From Kofleriaceae bacterium (GTDB lineage: Bacteria; Myxococcota_A; Polyangia; Haliangiales; Haliangiaceae): 64,000 nucleotides of DNA. Below are positions 46,719 to 59,200 of the stretch, piece by piece. A program made the translations under genes and the position numbers. The stretch is from the NCBI GenBank assembly GCA_965215005.1, contig CBDCCZ010000018.1:32001-96000 (forward strand). Reading direction: 5' to 3'. The notes below the pieces were generated by a model that made no database searches, had not been told where the DNA came from, and saw only the letters and a program-made list of their open reading frames with translations. How positions within the stretch are numbered: position 1 is the stretch's first letter; each line of letters opens with the position of its first letter.

Positions 46719-46746
46719 CGGTGCCGAGCATAGCGCTCCTGTTACC

Positions 46747-46775
46747 TTGACAGCGACTTAGGCCGCGCCTAAGGT
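46747..46775 (+). promoter_or_regulatory. Sigma70 promoter of the DUF507 gene, overlapped by a perfect palindrome
   Basis: TTGACA-17-TAAGGT; CTTAGGC-CGC-GCCTAAG at 46757-46773. Confidence 0.65.
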
Positions 46776-46788
46776 CCCCGGCGTATAA

Positions 46789-47304
46789 ATGAAGCTCTAC
46801 GCCGCCAAAGTCGACAGCATCGCGGGTGAGATCATCTCGCGTCTCACCGCCGAGGGCGACATCGAGGTCGCGAGCGGTCCCGAAGCCGAGCTCGATGTCG
46901 CGTCGGTGCTCAAGGAATACCTTCGCGTTGATCGCGAGCTCACCGAGCGCACCAAGGACCTGCTCGAAATCCGCGGCTTGTCACACAGTCAGTTTGGCCG
47001 CACCAAGCGCTCCCTCGCCGAACAGAAAGACTTTGGCCTCGGCGAAGAAGGCATCAACTGGATCTGCACGCAGCTCCTCGAGACCTTCATGCAGTCGGCC
47101 CACGTCGAAGAGATCTTCGCCGAAGACGCGACTCTGCGGCGCAAACTCAAAGACATCCTCAAGAAGCACATGGCCGTGGACGAAGAGCTCGATCGCGAAG
47201 TTCGCCAGCGCATCAAGAACCTCCAAGAGGGCACTCAAAGCTGGGAAATCGAGTACGGCCGCGTCATGGATCAGATGAAGCGAACCCGCGGCCTCGAAGA
47301 GTAG
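46789..47304 (+). CDS. DUF507-family protein
   Basis: Two similar helical halves: ELTERTKDLL..KRSLAEQKDF and ELDREVRQRI..QMKRTRGL. Confidence 0.75.
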   Translation: MKLYAAKVDSIAGEIISRLTAEGDIEVASGPEAELDVASVLKEYLRVDRELTERTKDLLEIRGLSHSQFGRTKRSLAEQKDFGLGEEGINWICTQLLETFMQSAHVEEIFAEDATLRRKLKDILKKHMAVDEELDREVRQRIKNLQEGTQSWEIEYGRVMDQMKRTRGLEE

Positions 47305-47401
47305 CGTCCCTCACGGCAGAGTAGCGCTTCCAGGTGGGCTGCGACCTGTGCGCCCGCCGCTGTAGACGACTTTGTGCCCCGAGTCGTCCAGCTCGCACTG
47401 C

Positions 47402-49003
47402 CTACAACCGTCGCGGTGCCGCGGCGGTCGGCAGCGGCGACATCAGGTCCTCGAGCTCCGGCGCGTCGCAGAGGCCGGTGCTCTGGTTGCACACCAGATA
47501 CTTCCACGGAAGGCTCGGATCCGGATCGGCGCCGGGACCGTACCAGCCGCAGTCGAGGTCGGTCTGACATCTCTGAACGCAGCCGGTCACGCTCGGCTCC
47601 TCGGGATCGCTCACGCAGCTCGAGCCCGGCTTGATCGCCTGGCAATCGGCGTCGGTTTGGCAGCCGAGCTCGGTGCAGAACCAGTTATCCGCGGCGTTGG
47701 CGCCAAACTCGAACAAGATGCAGAAAGCGCCAGCGGCGCAGTCTTCATCCTCGGAGTCGCATACCGAGCCCGTCGGCAGGCTGTTCTTGCCGTCGATGAA
47801 TTCGCAGGCGCCGGTGCTGGCGTTGCAGTCGCCGCGAAACCATTGGGTCGTGAATTCATCATCGCAGTCGGCGACGCTACGGCAGCCCTGGGATGTCTCG
47901 CGGCTCACAGTGAGGCTGTAAGGGACGGATTCGGCGCTGGGCTCGTACGCTGGATCGAGTGACAAGACCGATCGCGCCACAGCCAAGTAGTAGTCACCCG
48001 CTGGGAGGTTGGTTAAGCGCACGACCTCGGGCTGTCGCTTGAAGGAAAATCCGTAAGTCGTGCCATCGGGGTCTCCTATCGCCCAACTCTCCCGACCGTT
48101 GGTGACCACGAGATCGAGATCGGCATTGCCTTGCCAGGCCAGCTCGATGTCCAGCGAGTCGGCGTCTGCCACGGTCACCCTGTGCCAATCGAGCTCATCT
48201 CGGGGCGCGTCGCAGATGGCTGCCGTGACGGTGACGGACGCGCCAACGGCGGGGGTTATATCCGTGGCGCCAACCGGACCGTCGTTGGCAGGCTCGCCCG
48301 CATCGTCGTCTGTGCAGGAATCAAAGCTCACGCACTGCCCCAAGTCACACGACGGCTGCCCGGCACTACAGTCGAACGTGTCGCTGCATTCAGCGAGCTC
48401 GAAGGCGATCTCGTAGGGCGTAGCGGCGTTCCTACTGGGGCCGATACCGGTCACGTAGAGATAATAGGTACCCGCTCCAAAGCGCGGCAGGTGGGTACGC
48501 TGCGGGTACTGAGAGTATGCGGCGGGAAAGCCAAGCTCAGAGCCGCGGCCGTTTGCGGTCAAGAACCCAACGGCGACGTCGCCGCTCACCACTCGAGCTG
48601 TATAGGCTTGGCTGCCATCGAGCTCGACTTTGTAGAAATCGTACTCGGTTGCACCGTCGGTATTGCAGGTCTCGCCGGTAACGGTCGTCGCCGCGCTCGC
48701 CGTCGGTGACGCGATGGCGGTCGCTCCGGCCGGTCCATCGTCGCCGGGCTCCCCTTCGTCGTCGTCCTCGCACGTGGGTCCAGCGACGCACAGGCCTTCT
48801 TCGCCGCACGTTGGCGCGCTGGCGCTCGTGCAGTCGAGGAGGGTTTGGCAAGCCGACACCGCCGGCTCGCCGCCATCGGGATTCGCCGCCGGCCCCGCGT
48901 CGGGACGACCGGCATCCGGCGTCGCGGAGTGAGAATCATCATCGCCACACGCTGCTACCAGCATGCAGAAGAGCGAGAGAGTCGCCAGGGTGGATATACG
49001 CAT
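47402..49003 (-). CDS. Lipoprotein with two PPC-like domains and Cys-rich repeats
   Basis: Lipobox VAAC; C-x-DDD-x-GEP-xx-DGP-x-GAT twice; YDFYKV/LDWHRV, ADLDLVV, AGTYYL/AGDYYL; CxxxxDC repeats. Confidence 0.78.
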   Translation of the reverse strand: MRISTLATLSLFCMLVAACGDDDSHSATPDAGRPDAGPAANPDGGEPAVSACQTLLDCTSASAPTCGEEGLCVAGPTCEDDDEGEPGDDGPAGATAIASPTASAATTVTGETCNTDGATEYDFYKVELDGSQAYTARVVSGDVAVGFLTANGRGSELGFPAAYSQYPQRTHLPRFGAGTYYLYVTGIGPSRNAATPYEIAFELAECSDTFDCSAGQPSCDLGQCVSFDSCTDDDAGEPANDGPVGATDITPAVGASVTVTAAICDAPRDELDWHRVTVADADSLDIELAWQGNADLDLVVTNGRESWAIGDPDGTTYGFSFKRQPEVVRLTNLPAGDYYLAVARSVLSLDPAYEPSAESVPYSLTVSRETSQGCRSVADCDDEFTTQWFRGDCNASTGACEFIDGKNSLPTGSVCDSEDEDCAAGAFCILFEFGANAADNWFCTELGCQTDADCQAIKPGSSCVSDPEEPSVTGCVQRCQTDLDCGWYGPGADPDPSLPWKYLVCNQSTGLCDAPELEDLMSPLPTAAAPRRL

Positions 49004-49147
49004 GCCGGTTAGGACCGCCAGCGCGTGACCTCGGCATGACCACCCGGTGGATTACGACCATGGCGTCGGCGGGCCAACGGAGCAGGCCGTGGCCTCGCCG
49101 GTGAGCTCGACAGAACGCGGGGTTCGAGATGCGATAGAGTCGCGGCG

Positions 49148-50257
49148 ATGTTGGCCCGAACGGACGTGGTGATCGCACTGCTGCTTGTGAGTGGCGCTGT
49201 TGGGGGCTGTGAGAAGGCAGCGCCCAAGCAGGAAGCGCCGACAGTAGACAAAGCGGCGGTGGAAGTAGCTACCGACCAAGCGCCCAAAGATTCCCGGCCG
49301 CAAGTAGCGCGTGCGGAAGAGGACTCGAAGCCTCGCATCGGCGATCCCAAGTCCGTACCGCCGCCGCCGGTGGTGAAGAAGACCAAGAAGGGCGACTGCT
49401 CGATCGACTATGCGCCGCGGCCAGAGCGGGATCCAAGCCCGATGTGCAAGATCGCCGGCGGCACCTTCATGATGGGCAGCGCCGACGATGATCCGCTGGC
49501 CCACGATGACGAGAAGCCGCAGCACCAGGTGACACTGTCACCCTTCTACATTGATCAATTCGAGGTGACCGTTGCCCAGTACCTGCTGTTTCTGAACACG
49601 GCGGGTGGCCACGAATTCTGCGAGAGCGCGATGAACAGCGAGTGCGTGGGAGTCCGACCGAGCTATGAGCATGGAATGATCGAGAAGCGGGACGGGCAGT
49701 ACGTGGCGGTGGAAGGGAGGGAGCTATATCCGATATCGGGGGTGACCCTTGGGGGGGCTCAGCTGTATTGCGACTGGGTGGGGAAGACGCTACCGACGGA
49801 GGCGCAGTGGGAGTTTGCCGCCCGTCATGACCCAAAGACCGGTGAAGATCTCGTGTATCCATGGGGCAACGGATTCGACCTGCGTCGCGTCTATTGCGGC
49901 GACGACTGCGGAATCGCACTGCCTCTTGCTCGCATCGCACCAGTGGGCTCATTCGATGGCTCGTCGGCCGCGAAGGGTGATGGGTCGTCGCCGCATGGGC
50001 TCTTCGACATGGCAGCCAACGTTTCTGAGATGGTGGCAGATTGCTATCTTCTCAAGCATCAGGCGTGCGATGGAAGTTGCCTGGATCCAATCCAGAAGCT
50101 TCCCAATCGGTGCGGCGGTGTCACCAAGGGGATCTTGACGCGGAAAAAAGGCTTAGAGCGGATCGTACGGGCTGCGAATCGCGCACCAGGAGATGGCTCG
50201 ACCCCCTCCAGCGCTGTCGGCTTTCGATGCGCACGAGTTGAGGATCAGCGCGACTGA
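49148..50257 (+). CDS. FGE-sulfatase/SUMF1 (C-type-lectin fold) lipoprotein, non-catalytic type
   Basis: Lipobox VGGC; GGTFMMGS, DEKPQHQV, FEVTVAQY, LPTEAQWEFAAR, YPWG, DMAANVSE, VGFRCAR. Confidence 0.88.
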   Translation: MLARTDVVIALLLVSGAVGGCEKAAPKQEAPTVDKAAVEVATDQAPKDSRPQVARAEEDSKPRIGDPKSVPPPPVVKKTKKGDCSIDYAPRPERDPSPMCKIAGGTFMMGSADDDPLAHDDEKPQHQVTLSPFYIDQFEVTVAQYLLFLNTAGGHEFCESAMNSECVGVRPSYEHGMIEKRDGQYVAVEGRELYPISGVTLGGAQLYCDWVGKTLPTEAQWEFAARHDPKTGEDLVYPWGNGFDLRRVYCGDDCGIALPLARIAPVGSFDGSSAAKGDGSSPHGLFDMAANVSEMVADCYLLKHQACDGSCLDPIQKLPNRCGGVTKGILTRKKGLERIVRAANRAPGDGSTPSSAVGFRCARVEDQRD

Positions 50258-53200
50258 TCCAGCGTAATCACACACACCGTTTTTACGAACTCATCTTCTC
50301 TTAGTCGGGCGTAGCTTCCGTCGCGCAACATCCGCCAGGCGTGCTCTCTCACCTCTGTCGGTGCTATCGTGACCGTTACGTCATACCGCACGGTTCCCGC
50401 GGCCTCGCGGGTGTCAATCGATATTACTTCGAGGATCTCCGCGTCGTAGTGCTCTAGCTGCACGGTTCTCGTCTTGCCTAGCTGGACGCGATCGACGCCG
50501 TCGCGGTGGGGGAAGAGGAGGATGTCTCTGAGAGACTCGGCGAGGTCGTCGTTGAAGTCGTAGAAGGCGCCGGGGCTGTCGCCGCCTTTGGCGGGGGCTT
50601 CGAAGGCCAGTCGGCGGTAGATGACGTCTCCGACTTCACCTTGCTCGGTTTGCACAGCTAAAATCAGGGCCACCTTGAAGGAGTAGATGTTGTCGTCGGG
50701 GACGGAAGAGAGGCCGCTCTCGCTGACCTCGGCCCTCGCCGTTGTCATTCTAACTGCGTAGCCTTCCGCGGTTTGCAGCGGCAGTTGGCGGAGCTGGTCG
50801 AGGTGGTCTTCATCCACCACGAGGCTCGTGCCGTTCCAGCGCACGGCTTGCTCGAAGACGTTGGCCGGTAGGCCGACGTAGTGCAAGCCCAGGACTGCGC
50901 TAACAATGCCGCCTTGAGGCGCTGGCTCCGCGCCTGCGGCGCCGGCGCCCTTGCCTTCTGACTCTCCAGCTTCGCTGCCGAGCTCCTCATTTAGCTCGGT
51001 GAGCTCCTCGAGCTCATTGCCGACTCCTCCTCCGCGGCCGCTGCCACTCGCGCCACTGCCACTGCCACTGCCACTGCCACTGCCACTGCCACTGCCACTG
51101 CCGCTCGCATACTCGGGATGCTCGATCCAGTCGCGCTTGCCCTCAGCGGCCTCCGCGCCTTGTTTGGCCTCGGTCGAGGAGACCGCACGAAGCGCGTTGC
51201 CGGTGCGCCAGAGAGCGACCGCGCGCTCGTCGCTGTCGGCATCGAGCGCAGCGCCGCCTTCCACGGCAACCGGGTCGACGCCCATCACCACCATCCATAG
51301 ATGACGCACGAATGAGCGCTCGTCCTCGGTCATGGTAATCGGCGCGGAGCCGGGCCCGGCACATTGACCGGTGGTGAGGAGGGAGGCGAGGCGCTCGGCA
51401 TCGAGAGCCGCGTACTTCTGCACCAGGTAATCGCGCTGGAAATCCGCGACGCGATGGCCGCGGGAGAACAGGGCTTCGGCGCGAGCGCGTTCTTCCGCGG
51501 TGGGCTCGTCGAAGTCGGCAACATTGGTGAGAGCTCCATCGGGGCGGCGAACGTCCAGCGTCCCTTCCGAGGCCAGCTCGTCGACGAGCTCGGGGTCTTT
51601 GGACTTACTCGCGCGAGTGCCCACGTCGGCGTACTCGCGCAACAGCGCGTCGAGCCGCAGCGCTTGTTGCCGGAACTCATCGCTGTCATCGCCCCGTTCT
51701 GCGCCCGTCTTGGCGGCGACGTAGCCCGCTTGCACGACCTTGATGGTCATCTCGTAGTGCTCGAGGTCAGCGGTGGCGCGAACCGGGTCGAACGTGGCCG
51801 CATCGATCTCCCCGACCTCGATGCCGAGCCGCTGCATCTCCATTTCGATCGCTCGCAGCTGCCCGAGCTTGCTCTGATTGGCAGAATACCAATCGACGAG
51901 CTTGGCAATAAGCTCGGGGTCCGCCTGCATGTTGTTGCGAAATTGCGCGAGCGAGCGCGGATTGCTCAAGTCCAGCAGCCCAGCTCCTTCCAGCGCCTCG
52001 ATAGCGCGCATCGCGCGCACGCCTTCTTTGATACCAATGTCGCTGACGGCGAACATCGTGGCGACATCAGCGATTGTCATGTCCTCCCAAGGAACGTTGC
52101 CGAGAACCTCGCCGCCGTCGCGCAGCATCCGGTACATCGCTTCGGGCGCGTGAACGATGCCCTCGAGAGTGCCAACCGGATCTTCGATGACGTCCGCGGC
52201 GAGGCCCGCCAGCTTGATGGCGGTGCCGATGGCTGGCAGGAAGCGGGCGAGCTTGAGGAGCACTTGATACGAGAGCGCCAACTGCAATGAATAGGTAGCG
52301 GTGCGGCGACCCGTGGTCGAGGGAATGGCCAACGTCGCGGTGGCGATGGGTAGAAATCCGCCCTGCATGACCTCGACCAGGAGCGTGTCGAGATCATCTG
52401 GCAGCTCGAGGTAGAGGCTTGCGCCATCGGCGGCCGCGGGGCCAAAAATCTGGCTCAGGGCGCTGGTGAAGCCGGGGATGGCGGCGACGGGAACTGGCTC
52501 GGCCGCAGGCACCGCACCTTCACCAACGGTAAAGGTGAGCGAGAACGAGGTCGTCGTGACGGTGCCGGCGATAGAAGTGGGCACGAGCAGCGTCGGGTCG
52601 GCTAGCAGCTCCTCGCGCTGGTGCAGGAGAATCTCCAGAAGCGTCTGCAAGCTCCATCCGGCCTGCAATGCAAAGGTCTTGGCGTCGGCGCCGCGGCCGC
52701 GGGTGCCGGAGAAGCGCAGCTCCACACCGGTGGGCGCATCGTCACCGGTGAAGCCGAGGGCAACGCCGCTAGCTTGCTTGCGGTGGCGCGCGTGCAGCAG
52801 ACGCTGATAGACCGACTGCGGCAAGAAGGTGCGCAGGACCAGCTCGATATTCATCGCCGCGCGGAGCTCGATGCCGGCGCCAATGGTGCCGTCGGGCTCG
52901 CCGCGATACACCTGGCCGACGATACTGGCGTCCTCGCCCTCGCCCAGCGAGCTGCGTGCCGGGTCCAAGCGCAGCCAGTCTCCAGCGCCGACGGACACCG
53001 CAGCGAGCGGCTCTTGCAAGAGCGACGGCAAATCACCCACCCTGCGCGCCCACGCATCCGCCGCAAGCTCCTCGACCTTGGGCAACGCATCGGGCGGCAA
53101 GGATTGGGCCTCGAGCGCCATGCCTTTGCCCGCGATGCGGAAGTGCGCCGGAAGCAGCTCCGCGGGCTCGGCATTGCCGGCCAAGGCGCCAATAAGAGTG

Positions 53201-56200
53201 GGATAGTCGTAGACTAGGAAGTTTTCTTCGCGGCGATCGGCAATGCGCAGGCCGCTGGCCGTGAAGCTTACGTCGATGGATTCGATTGCGGCGGACGCGC
53301 CGCGGCGCGCCAACCGGTCGATGGTGCGACGCGCGCCGGCGAGCTTCTCGCTCAGCTGCGCGCGCAAGTCTTCGAGAAAGGCGCGCCGCAAATCGAGGCG
53401 CAGGCCGGGGGCGGTCGCGGCCTCGCCGGTGCCCGCCGCAACGGTGGTGAGCGAAACGTCGCCCCCGCCCGCGAGACCTTTGCCGTAGACGTCCACGGCC
53501 TCGGTGCCAATGGAATCGGCAAGCCAGCCCGGCAGGCGAACGGTTTCGGCAAGCGCCCTGCCCTTGTCGCGCGTGGAGATGCCGGCGCCGAGGGTGAGCC
53601 CAAACTGCGCAGCGCGCTCGACGTGGAGCTCGTCGGGGATCAAGTCGCTGGCGGACAAGCCGTTGGCAATCACGCGATCCAAGCGGTAGACGACGAATCC
53701 GGTCGTTTGGGCGCCTTTCTCGCCGCCGCCAAAGCGGACCGCGAGGCCCGCTTTCTGGCGGCACAGGCGTGGATCGATGCGAATGCTATCGCCGGCCTCG
53801 GCCAGCCCCGCCACGGGAAGCTGCACGCGCTCCCGCAGTGCCGCCGCCAGGCGCTCGACCTCGACGCGTAACAACAAGCCGCGACCGCCGAGATTGGCGA
53901 AGATCTCGGCGCGGTCATCCGGCAAGAACAGCTCGGTGGCGACGCGCTTGCCGACCTCGGGCAGGTGCGCTGCCAGCCATGCCGGCGCCGGAACGTTCAC
54001 GGCAACGATTGAATCACCGCTCGGGCGCGCCACCACAAGCTCGTCGGAAGGCGCCTCGCTCGCTGCTTCGGAGGCGCCGAAGAGAACCTCGCCGACTCCT
54101 TCGTTGCCAAGACGCAGCTCGACGGGGATCAAGTCGCTCGGCTCGATACCGTCGAGAAGCCGCAGAAGATCGAAGGCGACATGCGCGCTGCCAGGATCGC
54201 TTGCGTCATAGATGCGCAGCACGCCATCGCTGCCGAGGTGCAGATAGCGCTGTGCGCCAGCAAGACCTTTCTGCGCGGCGGCGCGCATGCGGCTGGCGAG
54301 GCCGGAAGCGGCGTCGCCGAGGCGGTCGAGCAAGCCGGCGACATCAAACTCAAAGCCGAGCTGGCCGCCCGGAAACGAAGGCAGCAACTCGGTGAGCGCG
54401 CTGAGATCGATGCCAAAGCCCAGGCGCAGGTCCGGCAACAGCTCGAGCGCGGCGCGAACGTCGGGAAGCGGCACGCTCGGCAGCTCCACGGCAAGCGCAC
54501 GCAAAAAGGTCTGCAAGCGCTCGGCAGCGAACTCGACGCTGCCGAGGCCGCCTTCGCCGGTGAACCACGGAATCCGCGGTAGCGCCGAGATGGCGATGCC
54601 ATCGAGCTCGAAATGCAGCCCGCTTGGGATCAGCCTGCCGAGGTCGAAGCCGCCCTCGAGCAAGCTGCCCAAGCGCGCCACCAGATCGAACTCGACGAAG
54701 CCCTCGCCGCACTCGAGCCGCAGGGCGCCGTCGATGACGCGCAGCGCCTTGCGGCCGACCGTGCGGAGCGCCGCGAGCAAACGCTGAGCGGCGGCCTTAC
54801 CGGCGCGACCGAGCTGCTCGAGCTTGGTGAGCAGAAACTGCACGTCGACCGACGCGATCACGCCTTTGTCGGCATCGGCGGAGGCCAGCAGCGCCAGCGA
54901 GAAGTGCTGGTCGGCGTAGAACGGCTGCAGCCAGAGGCTGCCTTCGTCTTTGCCCACAAGCGTGCGCGCAATGGCAGGCGGGGTCTCGAGCTCGAGCGGC
55001 TCGCACAGCGGCTCGCCTTTTCCGGCCAGCGCGGCGGCGGTGTTGACGCCCAAACCAACGGTGCCGACGCCAGCAACATTGAGCAAGACCTCTTCGGGAA
55101 CCAGGCTCGCGAGCGCCAGCCCGCCGGGCTGCAGGAGCCGATCGACGCGCCAGAGAGCATATCCAGTGGCAGCACCTGCACCATCTCCGCCGACGAAGCG
55201 CAGCGCGAACGCGCTGTCGACGCAACGCTCGCGGTCGATCTCGACCGTGGCGGTGATCGGCAGGGTCAGGCCAGGAATCTGGATTCGGCTGCCGAGAGCC
55301 GCTCCCAGGGCCTCTGCGTTGAGGGTAACGAGGATGCCGCGCGCGGTGTCTGCCTCGCCGCGACCAAAGAGGCGCGCGGTGTGGCCGTCGATGAAGAGCT
55401 CGACGGTCATCGTGCCGCTGCTAGCGATGGCGGCGCCGCCCGCGCTGAGGTGAGGGGCGAGCCACGCGGGCGCGGCGATGCCGGTCATAGTGACGACCGG
55501 CGCGCCATCGGGACGCGTTGCTAGCAGCCGATCTGCGACCTGCGTATCAGGACGGGTCGCATCGGTAGCAACCGCGCCCATCTCGATGCTGCCGAGGTCT
55601 CCCGCAGCCGCGCGCAGCTCGACCGGCACCAAGTCGGCCGCATCGGCGCCATCGACGAGGCGCAGGAGGTCAAAGCCCACCTGCACGCCGCCGGGCGCGC
55701 GCGCATCATAAAGCCGCAGGATGCCGTCGCTGCCAAGGTGCAGGTAGCGGCGCGCCAGCGCCATGCCCTTGCCCAGCGCCGCGCGCACGCGGCTCGCAAG
55801 CGTGCCGGCGACCTCGCCCACTCGCTCGAGAAGGCTAGCGAGGTCGAGCTCGAAGCCGAGCTGAACCCCGCGCAGCGAAGGCAGCTGCTCGGCCAAGGCA
55901 TCGAGATCGAAGCCGAGCCCGATCCCGCCGCCGGGAACCAGCTCGAGCAGAGCCCGCACGTTTGGCAACGGCACCTGGGGCAGCTCGAGCGACATGTCGC
56001 GGAGCAGCTGCGCGAGCCGCTCGGTTGGCAGCGCAAACCCGCCGAGCGCGCCATGCTGCAGCCAAGGAATCTGGGGCAGCGACAGCACCGACAAGCCCTC
56101 GAGGTGCAGCTCGAAGCGCGATACCGCTAGCGCCGTCGCATCGAAGCCGCTCTCAACCAGCCGCCCGAGCTGCGCGGCGATATCGAACTCGACCGAGCCG

Positions 56201-59200
56201 CGCTCGCCCAGCGAGAGTTGCAACGCGCCGCGCACCATGGACAGCGCGCGCGATGACACGTCCTGCACGCGCTCCATTGCCTGATCCGCCACGCGCGCGG
56301 CCGCCTTGCCCAGGCGTGCGATGGCCGCGCGAAGCATCGGCAGGTGCACCAATGCCACCACCCCCGTCGCCGACGCTTTCTCGGGCAGAACCGCCAGGGC
56401 CACATCGTCTGCGCCCCAGAACGCCTGCAGCCACACGCTGCCGTCGGGCTTGCCGACCAGATCGAGCACCGCTTTGGGCGGCGCCGTGATCTCGAAGGGC
56501 GGCGCGAGCGGCTCGCCGCGGCCAGCGACGGTCGCGAGAACCTCGACGCCGCGACCGACGACGCCGGCGCCAGGCACGTCGATCATCAGCTCATCGGGCA
56601 CGACGCTCGACAGCCCCTCCTCGAGAAGACGCGGCAGCTGCCATAGCGCATAGCCGCGCGGTCCATCGGCGGCTTGCGGCACCCAGCGAAGCGCCAACGC
56701 GCCATTCTTGCAGCGCTCGCGGTCAACCTCCACCGAACTGAGCAGCGCGGGTGCGCCAGCCAGCGCGGGAGATGCGTTGGCCGCCGCCGTGGCCAGGGCA
56801 TCGAGCTGGAGCATGAAACGCAAGCCGCGGCCTCGCTCGTGTTGCGCAGCGGCATATAGCTCGAGCCGATTGTCCGCAGCGAACAGCTCAATCGTGACCG
56901 CATCGGCGGGCATGCCCAGAAGCCGGGAAGCCAACTCCGGCAGCGGCGCACTGCGCACGCCGCCGGCAGCCATCAGGTGCGGACGCAGCCAGTCGGGCGC
57001 GGCGATATTGGGCAGCGTGACCAGCGGCTCGCCCGCGGGCCGCGCCACCAAAACTTGATCGACGGCGCCGGTAGCCGCTGATGCGCCAGCGCCCATCTCG
57101 ATGGAGCCAAGTTCACCGCCGAGCTGCAGCTCGACCGGCACCAGGTCCATTGGGTCGGCGCCATCGAGGAGCGCCCACAGGTTGAAACCGACGAGCGGCC
57201 CCGGATCGAGGGCTTCGGCGTCGTAGATGCGCAGGATGCCGTCGCTACCCAAGTGCAGCCAGCGCCGCAGCGACTCGAATCCCGCCTCGGCAACCTCGCG
57301 GACGCGAACACCAAATCCTGCCAATGGACCGGTGAGGCGCCCGAGCAGCGCGGGCAGGTCGAGCTCGAAGCCGAGCTGGCGAGGGCCGAGTTGTGGCAGA
57401 AGGTCTGCGAGAAACGCGACGTCGATGCCGAGGCCGAGCCGCAGCGCCGGCGCGTCGATGGCGCAAAGGCGGCCCCAGATCGCGCCAACTGGCACGTCCG
57501 GTAGCGCGGGCAGCGCGCCGCTGAGGCGCGCCAGATAGGATTTGACCCGCGGCCAGGGAATCTCGAACTGGCTCAGTCTCGGCGCCTCCAGCCATGGCAG
57601 CTCGGGCAGCGACCACGCCGCACCCGCGCCGAGCTCGAGGCGGAAGCTTGGCAACCCGAGCCAACTGGGGTCCCATGGCCGAAATTTCGGCCCGTGGAGA
57701 TTGAGGTCGAACTCGAACCACGAGCCATCGAGCTCGAAGCGCAACCGGCCGCGCACGAACGAGAGCAGCCGGCGTCCGCCGCGCGCGAGCGCCTCCACCA
57801 GACGATCGGCCAGCCTCGCCGCCGAGGCGCCCAGCCGCCGCAACAGCGACAACAGGTAGTCGACGCCCACCGTCACCACCACGCCGCGCTCGGCTTTGGC
57901 GTGCAGCTGCAGCGCCAGCGTGCCGCTTCCCCAATAGATCGAAAGCCAAACCGGCCCCGGCTCCGCATCGCCGAGCACGGTTTGGCGCAATTGCTCGGCG
58001 CCCGGCAACTGCCATGCGTCCCCCACCTGCGCAACGCCTGGTGGCAGCACCGACGCGCCGCTCATGGTGCCGCCGTCGTAGTGGCTTACGCTGCCAGCTC
58101 TGCCAAGGTGCAGGCTCAGCTCGACCGGTCGAAGCCCACTAACGTCGCCACGCACCGCCGCTGCGACGACGCGGGCCGCGTCAAACACGACGAAGCTGTC
58201 ACGCTCTCCCAGCCTGCCCAAATCCAGCTGCACGCGCCCCGGCGCCGGACTCGACCAACGCGAGACCCAAGCCGCCAGCCACGGCGCGCTCGCCGGCACC
58301 AGCGCCTCGAGCTCCGCGGCCGTGAGCGCTGCGACCCGTGCGACGCCGGCGAGGATCTCGCCTGGCGTTAGCGTGACGACGTAGCCGCCCGGAGCTCCTT
58401 GCTCTTGAACGAACGCAATGAGCTCGCGGTTGGTCGCCACTACGATCAGCTCAACGTCTGCGTCGGCAATTGCCAGCCCGAGCGCATCCGACAGCGCGCG
58501 AGCCCGCGTGAGCTCGACGCCGGCAGGTGGTGCGTGGACGCGAGCAAGTCGCATCCCGCGAGCACCTATAATGCCGAGAAATCCTCCTTTGGGCACCGCC
58601 AAGGCTTCTGCCGCCGCGGACGTCTCCGTCGCCTCCGCGCTTCGCTGCTGCACCGCGAGCGCGGTCGACTCGTTGGGCGTCGCGACGGCGTCGGCGGCGT
58701 CGGCGGCGTGCAGCTTCCAGTCATCGTTCTGCGGCACCGCCGGCGGCGCGGCATTCGTCGATGGCCCCTGCACCACGCGCGCCGCCAGCGCGTCCGCGTC
58801 GCGCTCATAGGCATCACCGGCCTCGCCAACGCCGCCCTCGAGCTGCACGCCGCGGCGCTGTTGAAGGACGTGCGCGACCTCGTGCGCGGTCGTCTCTAAC
58901 GCGGGACTCTGGCCAAACACGATGTGCTCGCCACTGGCGTACGCCTCGGCACCCATGGCGCGCGCTGATCGTGCTGCGTCCGCACCGGTGTGCGCTTGAA
59001 TCGACGATAGGTCTTGGTCGACAAACGCCGGCTGCAGTCGCTCTAAGAAGGGCAGCGGCTCACTTGCGGTGCGGATTCCATCGGCGGCCGCTGCGTGCAC
59101 TTGCCCGGGCAACGCCGGATGCCGCCCCTTGCGCTGCACCTCCTCGTGCCGCGCCGGCGCGTGCTCCCGAGCCGACGGTGCGGCGTCGGTAGCCAGCGGA

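Noticed and set aside
49148..50257. FGE/CLec gene as a diversity-generating retroelement target
   Set aside because: No reverse transcriptase and no template-repeat copy of its 3' end were seen in the window; a remote DGR cannot be excluded.
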